Source: a virus
Direction: 5' to 3' (one strand)
Length of the DNA: 64,000 bases
IMG/VR virus record: IMGVR_UViG_3300014643_000020
Span: 45,683-109,682 of that record
Part shown: piece by piece, positions 44,587 to 57,508 of the stretch
How the letters are laid out: each line of letters begins with the position of its first letter
Position numbering within the stretch: position 1 is the first letter of the stretch
Made by a program: the position numbers and the translations under genes
The notes under the pieces: model-generated
What the model was told of the DNA's origin: nothing
Database searches by the model: none
Seen by the model: only the letters and a program-made list of their open reading frames with translations

Positions 44587-46353
44587 AAAATGAGTTTTAA
44601 TGGGTTTGGTAAAAATTAAGTGTTAAAATTTCAATAATTAGGAGAGTAGTCATGTTTGAGAAAACTAGAGAATACTTAGATAGTTTATCAAAAGAAGAAT
44701 TAATAAGTGCATTAATTTCATTAGGATTTAATATAGTGACAAATTGTGAACATGAATGGAAATATGTTGGTATTAGTGAATATGGCGGTGACTTGCATAT
44801 AATATATTGTCCAAAATGTGATAATACAAAATTAGTTAATACTAAAGAGTTGGAGAATATAAGAAAAATTCAAAAGATTAAAAAGGAGTGGGATAAATAA
44901 GACGTGACTAAATTAAAACAAATAATTGAAACAATGTACGAAAACAATAGAAGTGCTATTGATAACGGCGAGTTAGAAATAATAACTGAAATAATCAAAG
45001 AATCAGAATGTGAAGTGTTAGGAACATTAATTAATATAATACGACAAAACTTCATTGATTGTAATACACTAGAAGATTTAATAAACTTTAGGGATGTATT
45101 GCAGGACTTAATAAATATTAATGAAAAAGAAATAGCTGATGAAGAAATATTAGATATGGATATGTTTAAATTAAAGGTTCAAAACAATTTAATTGACGAA
45201 ATTTTATGTATGATAGATTCAAAACCAAATGATTTGATATGAAGGTTAGGTGATAAAACGTGAAATTTAAAGTAAAAGAAGTGTGTGATTTATGTAAATA
45301 TGGAGATGAAAAAGGTCGTTGCTATATAGGAGTTTTATGTCTTGAAAATGGAATATACACAAAATTTAAACTCAGTGAAGAAATTATAAATAAATTAGTA
45401 GATGAGTGCAAATAGAAAGGAAATTTTTATGAGAGAAAAATTTAATTGGGAAGAATTTATAGATAGAAGTCTAGTAGTGAATTGTAAAACAGAGGATGAA
45501 CTAAGAAAATTTTTAAAAATATGTGATTATTTAAGACTATCAATTTCATCAGACTGTAAAAATTGGAACAAATTTAAAAGTGATACCTGTTGTTATTATT
45601 CTTTATTTTGTAAAGCAGTTGAAATATGTTCTATAAAAGACGTTAGTCCATTTGTAATGACAATTGTTAATTGGTCAGATTATATAGAACAAGAAAAATC
45701 AATATTTGAAACAATAGCTGAATACATAGGAATGAAAATTGATGAGGAGTTTAAAATAGGCGACCTTATATACAGAATAAATAATGAGGAAGGTTTACAA
45801 TACCTTTGTGATAGTAAATGGTATTATTCTCAATGTTTAAATAAAATATTAACAGGTGAACTAAAAATCATTAAAGAACCAGAATTTAAAGTTGGCGATA
45901 GATTTAAATTAGATGATAGAATAGAAATTCAAAGTTGTATTAATGGTGTTGTATATTTTGTCAAGAGAGATAATCGAGTGCATATCAATTTGATGTGTAT
46001 TATAGATGAAATAAACAATAAATTGTATAGAGTTAAATGTGATGGTATTCAATTAGCATCAAAACCTTTATTTCTATATTTTACAAAAGAAGAGTTAAGT
46101 AAGCTTAAAAGGATATAAAACAACAATTTTAAAGGTGGGCGAAATTTATAATGGATAATTGTGAACACAAATATATACATTTAGAAACAAGATACATAAA
46201 AACAGATAGTTCTCATGTGAGTAATACTTATAAGAGAATAGAAAGATTTTTCTGTGAAAAGTGTTGTGAAGAAAAGGTCATAAAAAAAGAAGAATGTCGT
46301 ACATATATTCCTGAATGGTTTAAATATAAAGATTGTGAGACGGAGAGAGATTA

Positions 46354-46683
46354 ATGGATATAGTAGTTACAATTCCTAAGTCTGAATATAAGAATGATGA
46401 TTTAGAAGCAAAGTATTATTTAAAAAATCAAAATGACACATATCAGTTTTGGACAATGAATAGAATCCCGAAGAAATTAAATATAGGTGATAGAGTATAC
46501 TTTGTTAAAAATAATAAAATAGAATCATCTATGAGATTTGTTTATGTCGATTTAGGTAGTAATAATTGTATTGTTACCAATAGAGTTTGGTATGGATATA
46601 CCATTTTTATGGATGACCTAAGAATAGAAAATTTACCTATTGAGATTAAAGGATTTCAAGGATTTAGATATAAATGGTGGTAA
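46354..46683 (+). CDS. PUA/ASCH/EVE-like domain protein
   Basis: PKKLNIGDRVYFV...IKGFQGFRY pattern. Confidence 0.45.
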   Translation: MDIVVTIPKSEYKNDDLEAKYYLKNQNDTYQFWTMNRIPKKLNIGDRVYFVKNNKIESSMRFVYVDLGSNNCIVTNRVWYGYTIFMDDLRIENLPIEIKGFQGFRYKWW

Positions 46684-49600
46684 TAAAATGAGAAATTATA
46701 TTAAAAAACTAACATTTGAAGATAGGTTTGCGAGGAAATATTATTGTAATTCTTATAGATTTGTTAGCAAAATAAAAAGGAAAAATAGAAAACTTTTAAG
46801 AAGATTATTAAAAGGAGAGATAATAAAAGATGAGAAATATTAAAGTTTGTGTTAATGATTTAGAAGTAGGTAATTTATTTATATTTGATGATTATTTGTA
46901 TCAAAAAATATCAGATAACGGTTTAAATAATGTGTTTAATTTACATAATGGGGAAGTTGAAACGTTATACGAAATGTCTGTAAGAAAAGTAAATCTTGAG
47001 TTAAGAATTAAGGAGTAAAAAATATGAAAAGAAAAATTAGAGTAACTAAAACCGTAGATGTAGAAATTGAAATACAAGATGATAAAGTAGAAGAAAATTT
47101 CGCTTATTATATTAAAAATATTTTCAACAATGGTGACATAGATTCTATGTGTGAACATTTAGCTCAAGTTGCTTGTGATGATGAGAATGGTTGCTATGAA
47201 ACATACTTAGATGGTTTGGGTGCAATAAGTTTAATATCTTCTGGCTTTAGTGAAGATGGTATAAAAGCTGTGTGTAAAAATAAAGAGTTTGAGTGTGAAA
47301 AGTTAGTATAAAACTATGTATTTATAAAAAGGAGAAAAAGAATGTTAGAAGGAATTAATGTATTAAGTCAAAGTCCAATAATGACATCGCTTGGTTGGGT
47401 TGGATTAATCGTAATAATAGGACTTGTTATTGCATTCATAGGAGTTATGAAAAATGCAGAAGAAGTTATGATTATTAGTGTAGTGATAACGGTGTTATTT
47501 TGGATATTTTTCAATATTATCAAAGTACCAACGGATAATTATACATATAAAGTTACAATAGATGATAATGTAAGTCTTAATGAGTTTAATCAACGATATG
47601 AGATTATTGAACAAGATGGTTTGATATATACAATTAAATTAAAAGAGGTGGAATGATGTTAATAAAATACTTAGATGATATTTTTAAAGTTCTGTATGGT
47701 AGAAAAAATTGTGAGGATACTGGAGAGGAATATTCAAGTTGTTACGATTATGAATGTGCAAATATAGTAAAGGATTTTAATACGTGGTTAAAAATTATGA
47801 AAGAGTGTTATATGCCAGCAATAGATATAAGCCATATAATGAGCATGATAATTTATTTTGAACAATTACATATAGGTAATAATTTAAAAGTCGATTATGA
47901 AAAATTGAATAAGTTAGCTAAAAAAATACATAAAGAAATTTGTAACGAGAGGTGAAACATTGAGATTTTATTATGAAAATTATAGTGGGGATTCTGGGTG
48001 TTTCACATTGAAGAAAACAGAAATACCAAAAGCGATTATGTCAGCGTGGAACATAGAAGCTGATTTATACATAATAGATAAAAAATTTGATGAAGGAATT
48101 TTTAAAGGTAGAAAATTAATATTCGCACCACATGAAGATAATGAGTTTAACAATGAGGTGTTAAAAGAATATGGACTATATATAACAGACGGTGAAAAAT
48201 ATAGAGAGTTAAGATATTTAGAAGATGATTCTTTAGCAGAAGAACCAGATACTTGGAGCAATGTTTTAGATTTGATATAAAATAAGATTTTTAAAGGATA
48301 AAAGAGAGGTTAAAGAATGGAAATATTATATATTATATTTTTTACAATAACATTATTATGGGTTATATGGGCGATTGGTTATCCAATATATTGTAAAATA
48401 AAACACAAAAAAGTGTTTGATAATTTTAATTATTGTTTAGGACTAAATAGTGGGGCAATATTGTTAAACATAATTAATTTAATTGTTAAATTAATTAAAT
48501 AAAACAAGACTTTGAAAGAGAGGTAATAATTTTATGATTTCTGATTGTGATTTTGTGTGTAATACAGAATTTGGAGATTTATGCACATTGACTAATGAAC
48601 GATGTAATTCAAAAGATTGTGAATTATATAAGAACGGTGTAGGGAAAGAAGATATGCGTGGAATGTTGGTAGGAACTGATAGGTATGGTAATCCATTTTA
48701 TAGTGATTAAATTAAAAGAGAGGTGAAATTTATGGCGAGCGTAGTAACTGAATATAAATTGTGGGATGATGACAATGGATATGTATTTGAAGAAAATGAT
48801 GAATTAACTATAAAACTAAATGACATAACATTTAAAAATGTAACTCTAAATAAAATAAGTGAAGATGAAATTGAAGTGGAAGATAGTCAAATGAATTTGT
48901 GGACAATAAAAATTAAAGATATTGTCGAATTAGAGAGGTAGTAAGATGTTAGAAATATTAGAATTTTTATACGACCACCTACTAGAAACATTATTATTGA
49001 TAACTTTTGTAGGTTGGGCAATTGGTGAAAGTAGAGATAGAAGATGAAAAGATTTAAATGTGTAGTTACAAAGACATATGAATATGAAATTGAAATAGAT
49101 GAGAATGTACATACAGAAGAAAAGTTGAAAAATTGGTCAAAATATTTTTGTGAAGTAGAAAATTTAGCAGAATTTGCAGGAGAACTTGCTTTAAGAAAAA
49201 CTACCCATGATAGAGGTAAATTTATTGAAGGGTTTGGTATACCTTATATCAACGGTGAAGCACCATATGTATATAAAGATTATGAGGATTCTTTAAACCC
49301 TACTATAAATATTAATGTTATTGATGAATCAGATTATCCTGAAGTTGATGTAGAAGAAATAGAATAGTTGAGGTAATTAGATGTTAGAAATATTAAAATT
49401 CATTTTTAGTAGCTTTTGGATTTGGCTAGGTACTATGGGAATCTTGTACATAATTATGATTATAGTTTTAGGTGTAATGAGCGGAATAGTAAGTTGTGTT
49501 AAAAGGTAGGTGATTAAAATAGATAAAGATATATCTGATGTATTTAAACATTTAGGAAAATTCAAAGAAATAACTCCAGAGGGAAATATAGTGTTTTCGA

Positions 49601-51508
49601 ATAATAACTTTACTGAAAAGGATATTGAAACAATAAAGCATATAAGAATGAACGCTATAACAGGTGAGATATTTGATGATAGAAAAGTAAATATAAATAG
49701 TAAGTTTTAATTAAAGTAAAGGAGCAACAATATGACTAACGGAGATAGAATTAGAAGTATGTCTGATGATGAATTAGCTAAATTTTTAAGTGCTGTTACT
49801 TGCAATTCCAAAGGCTGGTGTCCTATTTGTACGAGTATGTATGGAGATTATTGTAACGGATTGAAAATTAATGTTGATAAAAGAATATATGAATTTATAA
49901 AAAATGGAGTTAAGAATTAAATTATAAAGGAGAATGCATGGAAAAATTATTTAATTTATTATGTAATTTAAGTTATTCGGCAATTGTTCTTTTAGGAATA
50001 ATATTTGGGTTAGTATTCTTTAATATGGGATATTATGTTGTTGGCTTATTTGTAGAAATTGCTTGTGTTTTAACATTTTTATATCCTGTAAAAATAGCTT
50101 CAAAATTAGACTTAAAAGATTTACAGATAAAAACATTAGAAGTCCAATTAGAAGGATTAAATAATGTGATAGACAGATATAAAGTATTGATTAGAAAAAG
50201 TGATGAAATATAGGATTTATGGGTGAATATTATGGAATGGTTAATTATTGTATTAATTGTAATGATTTTAATAGGTGGCTTTATTGATGAAATGATTCAT
50301 TTTGAAGAACGTGAGAGTTTAAGGAGAGCATACAAAGGTACACAAAAATTTAATCCTCCTACTCCACCAACACCACCTAAAAATAAAATTAAGGAGAATT
50401 TATGAACTTATTAGAACATTATGTAACAAACATAACTAAAGTAGAAAAGATAGAATGTGATTGGGGTTATTATTACAAGATAATAGCAGACGTAGATTGT
50501 TATGGTATGGAAAAACAAAAAGAGTTTGGGTTATCACAAAGTGATTACAATATGGTCTTAGAAAAAGGATATTACATGGGATAAAAGGTTGATTTGAAAG
50601 GTAGGATAAAATGATTAAAGTATATGAGTTTTGTGGGTGTGATTTAGTAGTCACTAATAAAAGTATTAAAGAAACAATGGACTGGTATAGCAAAGAGTAT
50701 CAATATGTTAATGAAAAATATGTTGAAGAAATTGACGGATATGACACATATATTAAAATTAAAGATGACAATAATGAATTTAAAAGTATTTCTGTAAAAG
50801 ACTACATAGTTAAAATAGATGAAAAAGATATGCCAATGATAATTGCAAGTTCAGAATATTAAAAGAATTAAAAATATAGTGGTTAATGATAATGTCTATA
50901 GATGAAGCAATAATAGAATGGAAACAGAAAAATAGAAGAATGGGTTGTGTAAATGCAACTAATTGGTTTTGTAAAAGGGTATCGGGTTTTTATCCTAAAA
51001 GAATAACTAGATATACAAAAGATGGTTACATTTTTCAACATGTAGTTGCAACTGATGGAATGATAGTTATTGATATCGCCCCTTACTCTGACAAGCCAAC
51101 AGATTAATTAAATTAAGATAAAAGAATTATTTCATACAAAGTGAAGGAGAAAATAGATGAAGAGTATTTATAATTTTGAAGCAAAATTTGAGGGTAAATC
51201 ATATCCCGTATCAAAGATTGATTTCAATAATGAAATGGTAAATCTAAACGGAGCAGATATCATAGAACTTGATAATGATAATTTAGATTTATATATTTGT
51301 GGTAAATCATATAAAAAATCATTAATAGAAATACCAGTTAATGTCGCATGTATATTTAATGACATTATTAAAAATGTTAAAAATGAGAGTTATTTTGACA
51401 ATAAGAGTAGACAATTTGTAATACCTATTGATAAAGTATGTGGAATGATTGATATGGGTATAAATGATTTTAAAGATATGATGTTAAAATAAAAAGGAGA
51501 TGAATTAA

Positions 51509-52273
51509 ATAGATAAATACATAAATAAATTATTCTGCATGGATAATTTAGAGTTATTAAAAGAATTACCAAGTGAAAGTATTGATTTAATATATTCAGA
51601 TATTCTTTATGCAACAGGTAGAAAATTTGATGATTATGAAGATTTAAAATATGATAAAGAAACTGTATATAAATTTTACATATCAAGAATAACAGAAATG
51701 CAAAGGATTTTAAAAAGCAGTGGAACATTAGCTTTACAAATGGATTGTCGTATTTCTCATTGGTTAAGACAGATATGTGATGATATATTCGGATATAAAA
51801 ATTGTTCTAATGTAATTCAATGGTGTTATTCATCTGGTGGTAGTAGTAAACATTCTTTATCACAAAAGAACGATGAAATTATAGTTTATGCAAAGGATAT
51901 TAAAAAACAAAAGTTTAACTATCAACAAGAAGTTAGCTATAATAGAGAATTTAAGCCTTATAGATTTAAAGGTGTAGAAGAATTTCAAGATGAATATGGT
52001 AGATGGTATACAATGGTTGGAATGAAAGCTATTTGGACTGATATTCCAATGGTAGGAAGAACGTCATCTGAAAGAAATGGATACTCAACTCAAAAGCCTA
52101 TTAAACTTATGAATCGAATTAGGGATTTATACACAGATGAAAATGACATTATAGCTGATTTCTTTTGTGGTAGCGGTGGAATGATAGAAAGTGCTGAAAA
52201 TGGTAATAGAAAGTATATAGGATGTGATATTAACTCAAAAGCAATTAGTATAAGTCATAATAGATTAATATAA
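51509..52273 (+). CDS. Beta-class N4/N6 DNA methyltransferase
   Basis: SIDLIYSDILY (motif IV variant), YSTQKP, DFFCGSG, YIGCDIN; the RBS points to an in-frame ATA at 51509 (ORF track start 51539). Confidence 0.85.
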   Translation: MDKYINKLFCMDNLELLKELPSESIDLIYSDILYATGRKFDDYEDLKYDKETVYKFYISRITEMQRILKSSGTLALQMDCRISHWLRQICDDIFGYKNCSNVIQWCYSSGGSSKHSLSQKNDEIIVYAKDIKKQKFNYQQEVSYNREFKPYRFKGVEEFQDEYGRWYTMVGMKAIWTDIPMVGRTSSERNGYSTQKPIKLMNRIRDLYTDENDIIADFFCGSGGMIESAENGNRKYIGCDINSKAISISHNRLI

Positions 52274-53480
52274 AATAAAGAATTTAAAAGGATGTGAGAT
52301 AAATTAAAAAAGAAATTTACATACATAAAACAATATGGACACTTTATTTGAAAAATGGTAAAAAAATAATTTCTAATTCTGACGAAAGGAATGGAAGATA
52401 TGTATATCTTTATAATTATAAACCAAATAATAACATAGAAGAAATTAAAAGATTTAAAGAGTTATTAGTGAAAATGGGTTATATTGAAGAATTTAATGGA
52501 TATACCACAAAATTTTCAAAAAGAAAGTATATAGATGATTACCACTATTTTAAAATAAGGCTATATGAAGATGAATTTGACTATATTACCATACAACATA
52601 TTTATAAAACTATTGAAAAGCCCGATATTAAACAATTAATTAAGGATTTAGATTTTTATAAATATAGTGAATTAGTGTTTGATAGGGAAAGAGAGTTAAG
52701 AGAAATGTTGATTAGTATATAAATTTTAGATTTTAAAGGAGTAAATAAATGGTGTGTGAATACTGTTGTATAGTAACAAAAGAAGATTTGAGAGGTTCTG
52801 ACGGTGTAATTTATGATATAAATAAGAGAAAATACATATTATATGCAGAACACTTTAGAAACGAAAGAGTTTATATAGAAATTGATTATTGTCCAAAGTG
52901 TGGAAGGAAATTAAGTTAATGGATGAAAAAGTTAGAAAATATAGAAAACGATATAAGAAGTGTTTATATTGTAAATATTTAAGTTATGTTAATTCAAAAG
53001 GACTTTGTTGTAGTGATGGGTATTATGTATGTAAAGCAAAAGATAAAGTAATATTATCAAACGAAATGCTAAGACCATTTTGTAGTTGTTTCGAGTTATA
53101 TGAGAGGATGCAATGACATGAATGAAGTGTTGCTTAGATGTGATAAATGTGAATTTTGTTATCACGATAAAAGTAAAAAATATGACGTAGGTTGGACACA
53201 TTATTGTAAATTAAATAATAGAGATGTGGGACAATCTCATTTTGGTCATAATAGTCCAAGATGCTGTCCATTAAGAAAAATGAGTAACAATATAATATTG
53301 TGTAATAACTGTGATAATGAAGTGAGATACGATGATAAAGATATAACAGAAGATAAAGAATATAAAAATGGCGGTACAGTATTAGTAACTGAAAAAGTGA
53401 AGTGTAATAATTGCAATGAAGAAATAGTTGTTAAAGAATATTATTGGGATATTGATTAAAATAAGATTTAAAAGGAGTGA

Positions 53481-53918
53481 GTAAATGAATTTGCAAAGGA
53501 CTTAGTTTGGGAAGATAGACAAGAAACTTTTAAAGATGAAATATATATATTTGCAAAACAAGAACATAGGTTATTCAGAGTTAATGGTAAAGTAGATGTA
53601 ATAATAACAGATAGACCATTGATATTAACAATGCTTTACAATAATAAATATGGTAATAAATCTAAAGCTTTGGATGAATTGTGTTTAGAAGAATTTAACA
53701 GATATAATAATTTAAATTATTTCATACATAGAAAGAAAAAATACAATCCAAATGGTAGAAATCAAACGGAGCAACAGTCAGATGAAATAGCACAAGAATT
53801 ATTACAGATATTAAAAGATAATGAAATAGAGTTTAAAGAAGTAGATGGTATTGTTGAAAACGTAGAAAATATTGTAAATGATATAATTAAAATATTGAAA
53901 TTTCAACAATATTATTAA
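53481..53918 (+). pseudogene. 5'-truncated NadR/AAA_28-like nucleotide kinase
   Basis: Frame reads EFAKDLVWE...GKVDVIITDRP...GRNQTE but has no Walker A; the RBS-linked ATG at 53485 is out of frame. Confidence 0.55.
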
Positions 53919-55700
53919 GATAAATTAAATTATAAAGTAATATTGAAAGGAGAAAAATAAATGATTTATAATATTACAAATTCAACAATAAATATTGAAA
54001 AATTAAAAGATGCGATTAAAATGGCTAAAAACACAAGTAGACCAAAATACATAGTTATGGGTTCTAAGACAATTGTAGGAATAGCTAATGAGTTTAAGAA
54101 TAATGGGATAATGTGGGAAGGAAACCTTTCAAAAGTAGAAGGTATACCTATAGCTCATGGTTATGATTTAGATTTTGGAATAATTGATATAGTATATTAA
54201 AATACGAATTTTATCAAAAGTTTAAATTAAAGGAGAATAATAAAAATGAGTATTAAAGAAGAATTAAATGATTTATTAGAAGATATGACTGACGATGTTC
54301 CTGAAGATGATGAAGTTGATGAATTGTTAGAACCATATTTTACAAGTAAAAATATCGAATACACATGGAGTATGGACTTAATGTATGATAGTTGTGGATG
54401 TGACGTATATTCTTTAGCTGTTGCATGGATAGAAGACAATAAACCTAAGTTGGCAGTATATAATATTTTAAGCTGTTAAAACACAGAAATTAAAGGAGTA
54501 AAATTAATGGAATGTAAAAGAAAATGTTTATGGAATTACAATGGAGATTGTGTAACGGAATCACCAGAAGAAGTATTTGATGACGATAGTTTTATGACAG
54601 ATAAGTGTGTAGGATTTCTTAGAGAAGATTTTGAAGAACATATGATAGAAATGAAAATTATATTAATGTCTCATTCAGAAAATAAGCCCTTTAACAATTA
54701 TATAAAAAATTTAAGTTATGTAGATACCAAGAGATTTTATAAAAATTTTATAAATTTAATTCAAAGTGAACCAGATGCATTTAAAACGGCTATGCAAAAT
54801 TTAGATGAATATAAAAGATTATTATAATTAAAATATAAAATTATAAGGAGATAAATTGGATAATAAAGCACTTATAAGAGCAAATAAAATTATAAAAGAA
54901 ATTGAAAATGTAAAAGATTTTATTAAAGATATTGATACTGAAGACGTGAGAATAATTATAAAAAAAGATGATTACTATAATGAATTAGGAAAAATAGAAA
55001 TTAAAAACATCATTTTTAAATTTTGCTTAAAAACGATGATTAAAGACTATATAAGACAATTAGAAGATGAATTTTCAAAATTATAAAAAATAGATGTTGA
55101 AATTTCAACATTGTATAAACTATAAATTAGTATAAAAGACATATTTTAACGAAAGGTGGATGTAAAATATGAAAGTAAAATGCGATTGTCCATTTTGTTG
55201 GAAAAGTTATGAAATAGATTTAGATGAAGAAGAAATAAATGAATTGTCTTTGTTAAATTAATTTAAAGATATATATGAGAGATGCTGTGATGAGTGCAAA
55301 TCAATTATTGAAAGGTGGAACAATATATGAAATGTAGAATTTGTGGGAAAGAATTTACAGAAATTATGTATAATGAAGAATATCAAGATATTTGTAGTAG
55401 CGAATGCTTTAGTTATGAATATTGGAATGAAAGAGTTAGAAATAAAGAAGATTTTACAATTATAAACGGTATATGTTATGTAATTGGCAATTCAAATTTA
55501 TGTGGGTTTAAAGGATTTTCAGGTGCAAAGTTTAAGATACAAACATTAGAAAGCAATAAAATTATAGAAACAGACAATCTTTGGTATAATGGTGAAATAC
55601 CAAATACGCATAGGCATCTTTTACCTGATAATGCTATTTTTATAGAGTGTAGCAGAGAACCAAAACCAGCAAAAGTATTTTATGAAAAGTAGGTGATGTA

Positions 55701-56291
55701 TTGGCAAAGACACAGCAAACAATAGATTTAGAAAAAGAATTGTATAAAGCAACTGCCGATAGAGGTGTGTTTGGATGTTTTGAAGTTACAATTGGTTGGT
55801 ATGGCAAAGAAAGAGTTGATTATATAACTATGGACACAAAAGAAATTTTTAGATGTTACGAGATAAAAGTGTCTAAAGCTGATTTTTACTCTAAAGCTAG
55901 TAAAACTTTTATAGGGGATTTTAACTATTTTGTAATGCCAGACGAATTATATGAACAAGTAAAGCACGATATTCCAAACCATATAGGTGTGCATAATGGT
56001 AAATGGTGTATTAAAAAAGCTAAAAAACAAGAAGTAGATAGCAAAACTAGAAGCATGCTAAAAAGTTATATGTTGCGTTCACTAAGCAGATATTTTAATG
56101 AAATAATTGACAACGATAATGAATCTTTAGTGAAACAATTAAAACGTAGGAATAACCAATTAGAGAGTGAAAATAAAAAATATTATAATAAATATTGTAG
56201 ATATTCAAACTTTTTATTTTCTAAATTTGGAGATAATTTTGAAGATATAGTAGAAGAAGAATTAAAGAATGGTTGGAAACGAAAAAGATAA
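55701..56291 (+). CDS. PD-(D/E)XK (MmcB-like) nuclease-domain protein with coiled-coil tail
   Basis: E...RVDY...CYEIKVSKADF...NYFVMP. Confidence 0.65.
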   Translation: MAKTQQTIDLEKELYKATADRGVFGCFEVTIGWYGKERVDYITMDTKEIFRCYEIKVSKADFYSKASKTFIGDFNYFVMPDELYEQVKHDIPNHIGVHNGKWCIKKAKKQEVDSKTRSMLKSYMLRSLSRYFNEIIDNDNESLVKQLKRRNNQLESENKKYYNKYCRYSNFLFSKFGDNFEDIVEEELKNGWKRKR

Positions 56292-57295
56292 TATATTAGA
56301 TTAAAAAGAAAATTTTAAATAAAGTGAGGTAGAAGATATGCAAGAAGTTAGAATAGAAAATTGGAGTATAGTTTCTCCTAGTTCATTTATTATGCCAGAG
56401 TTACAAAGTAGAGTTTTACAAGGAAAAGTGTTTGGTCATCCTAGATTTAATGACAATTCTCCAGTTAGTACAAGTACAATAATTGAAATAGATTTAGAAG
56501 TTGGATTTATAATCACAAGAAATACTAAATACATTTTAGGTAAAATTGATAATGAATATTTAAATCATTGTATTTCAGCCAATTACAAAGATTTACAAAT
56601 ATTAAAGAAATATAAAGAGGTAAAAGAAAATGTATAAGTGTACGAATATCAATGACTTAATATCAAGACTTGTATTAAAATTTGATATAATCAGAAGAGA
56701 TGATTTAGAATACATATTTAAACATTCAGGCGAAATTAGTAGTGTATATGATGAATATTTTATAACTGATAAAGAATATGATAAGGTAATAGATTTAATA
56801 TATTATTTTGTAAGTATTGATAAAGCTAAAGTTGTAACTAAAGAGTTAATAATTGAATTTATGTCAGTATCTATAAGACCATGCACAACATTAAACTATG
56901 ATAATATACTAGAAACTATAATTTCAAATTATTTATAAACAATTAAATTATAATATAAGAGAGGTAAATGGATGGAAACACCAAAAGAAATATTACTTGA
57001 AAGAGGTAAGTTTATTGACACCGCTGAAGGTGAAAGGTATAGAGCGTATATATTTAAAGGAAAAATGTATCTAATAAATGAAAGTGGAGATATTTTAGGT
57101 AGCCAAGATGAATTTACTGATGATTTAAAAGGTGATGAGGAATATCTAAATATTGATAAAATTTACGATACCGAAGGATACTATAAAAATGATGACAGAA
57201 ATTTACTAACTGAGAAATTAATTCTCATCTGGGAAAGGATTTAACAATTAAATTATAAAATATAAGATAAAAATTCGCGGAAAGGATGATGTAAT

Positions 57296-57508
57296 ATGAA
57301 AATAATATTGTACACTACAGATTGTCCTAAGTGTAAAATTTTAGAAAAAAAATTAAAAGATAAGAATATTAAATTTGAAACAATTACTGATAGAAAAGAA
57401 ATGATAAAACTATGTATACTATCGTCTCCTAATTTAGATGTAGACGGTTGTTTAATGGATTTCTCAACAGCAAATAATTGGATAAATGACTATAAAGGAG
57501 ACATGTAA
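57296..57508 (+). CDS. Glutaredoxin-like protein
   Basis: CPKC active site; overlaps the nrdD start. Confidence 0.8.
   Translation: MKIILYTTDCPKCKILEKKLKDKNIKFETITDRKEMIKLCILSSPNLDVDGCLMDFSTANNWINDYKGDM

Larger units (their letters stand above)
44258..57244 (+). other. Third array of small hypothetical genes
   Basis: ~40 short co-oriented ORFs with RBS; many TAAAA-N6-TTTTA junctions. Confidence 0.85.
1146..57258. repeat. Dispersed asymmetric 16-mer AACAATTAAWTTATAA (operator-like)
   Basis: Exact at 1146(-), 1753(-), 11177, 14433, 14623, 15544, 24383, 25376, 28914, 29210, 30629, 36346, 44071, 44224, 56938, 57243; variants at 1569(-), 2937, 8452, 8514, 10689, 13176, 15093, 24416, 26363, 28950, 49912. 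Confidence 0.9.
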
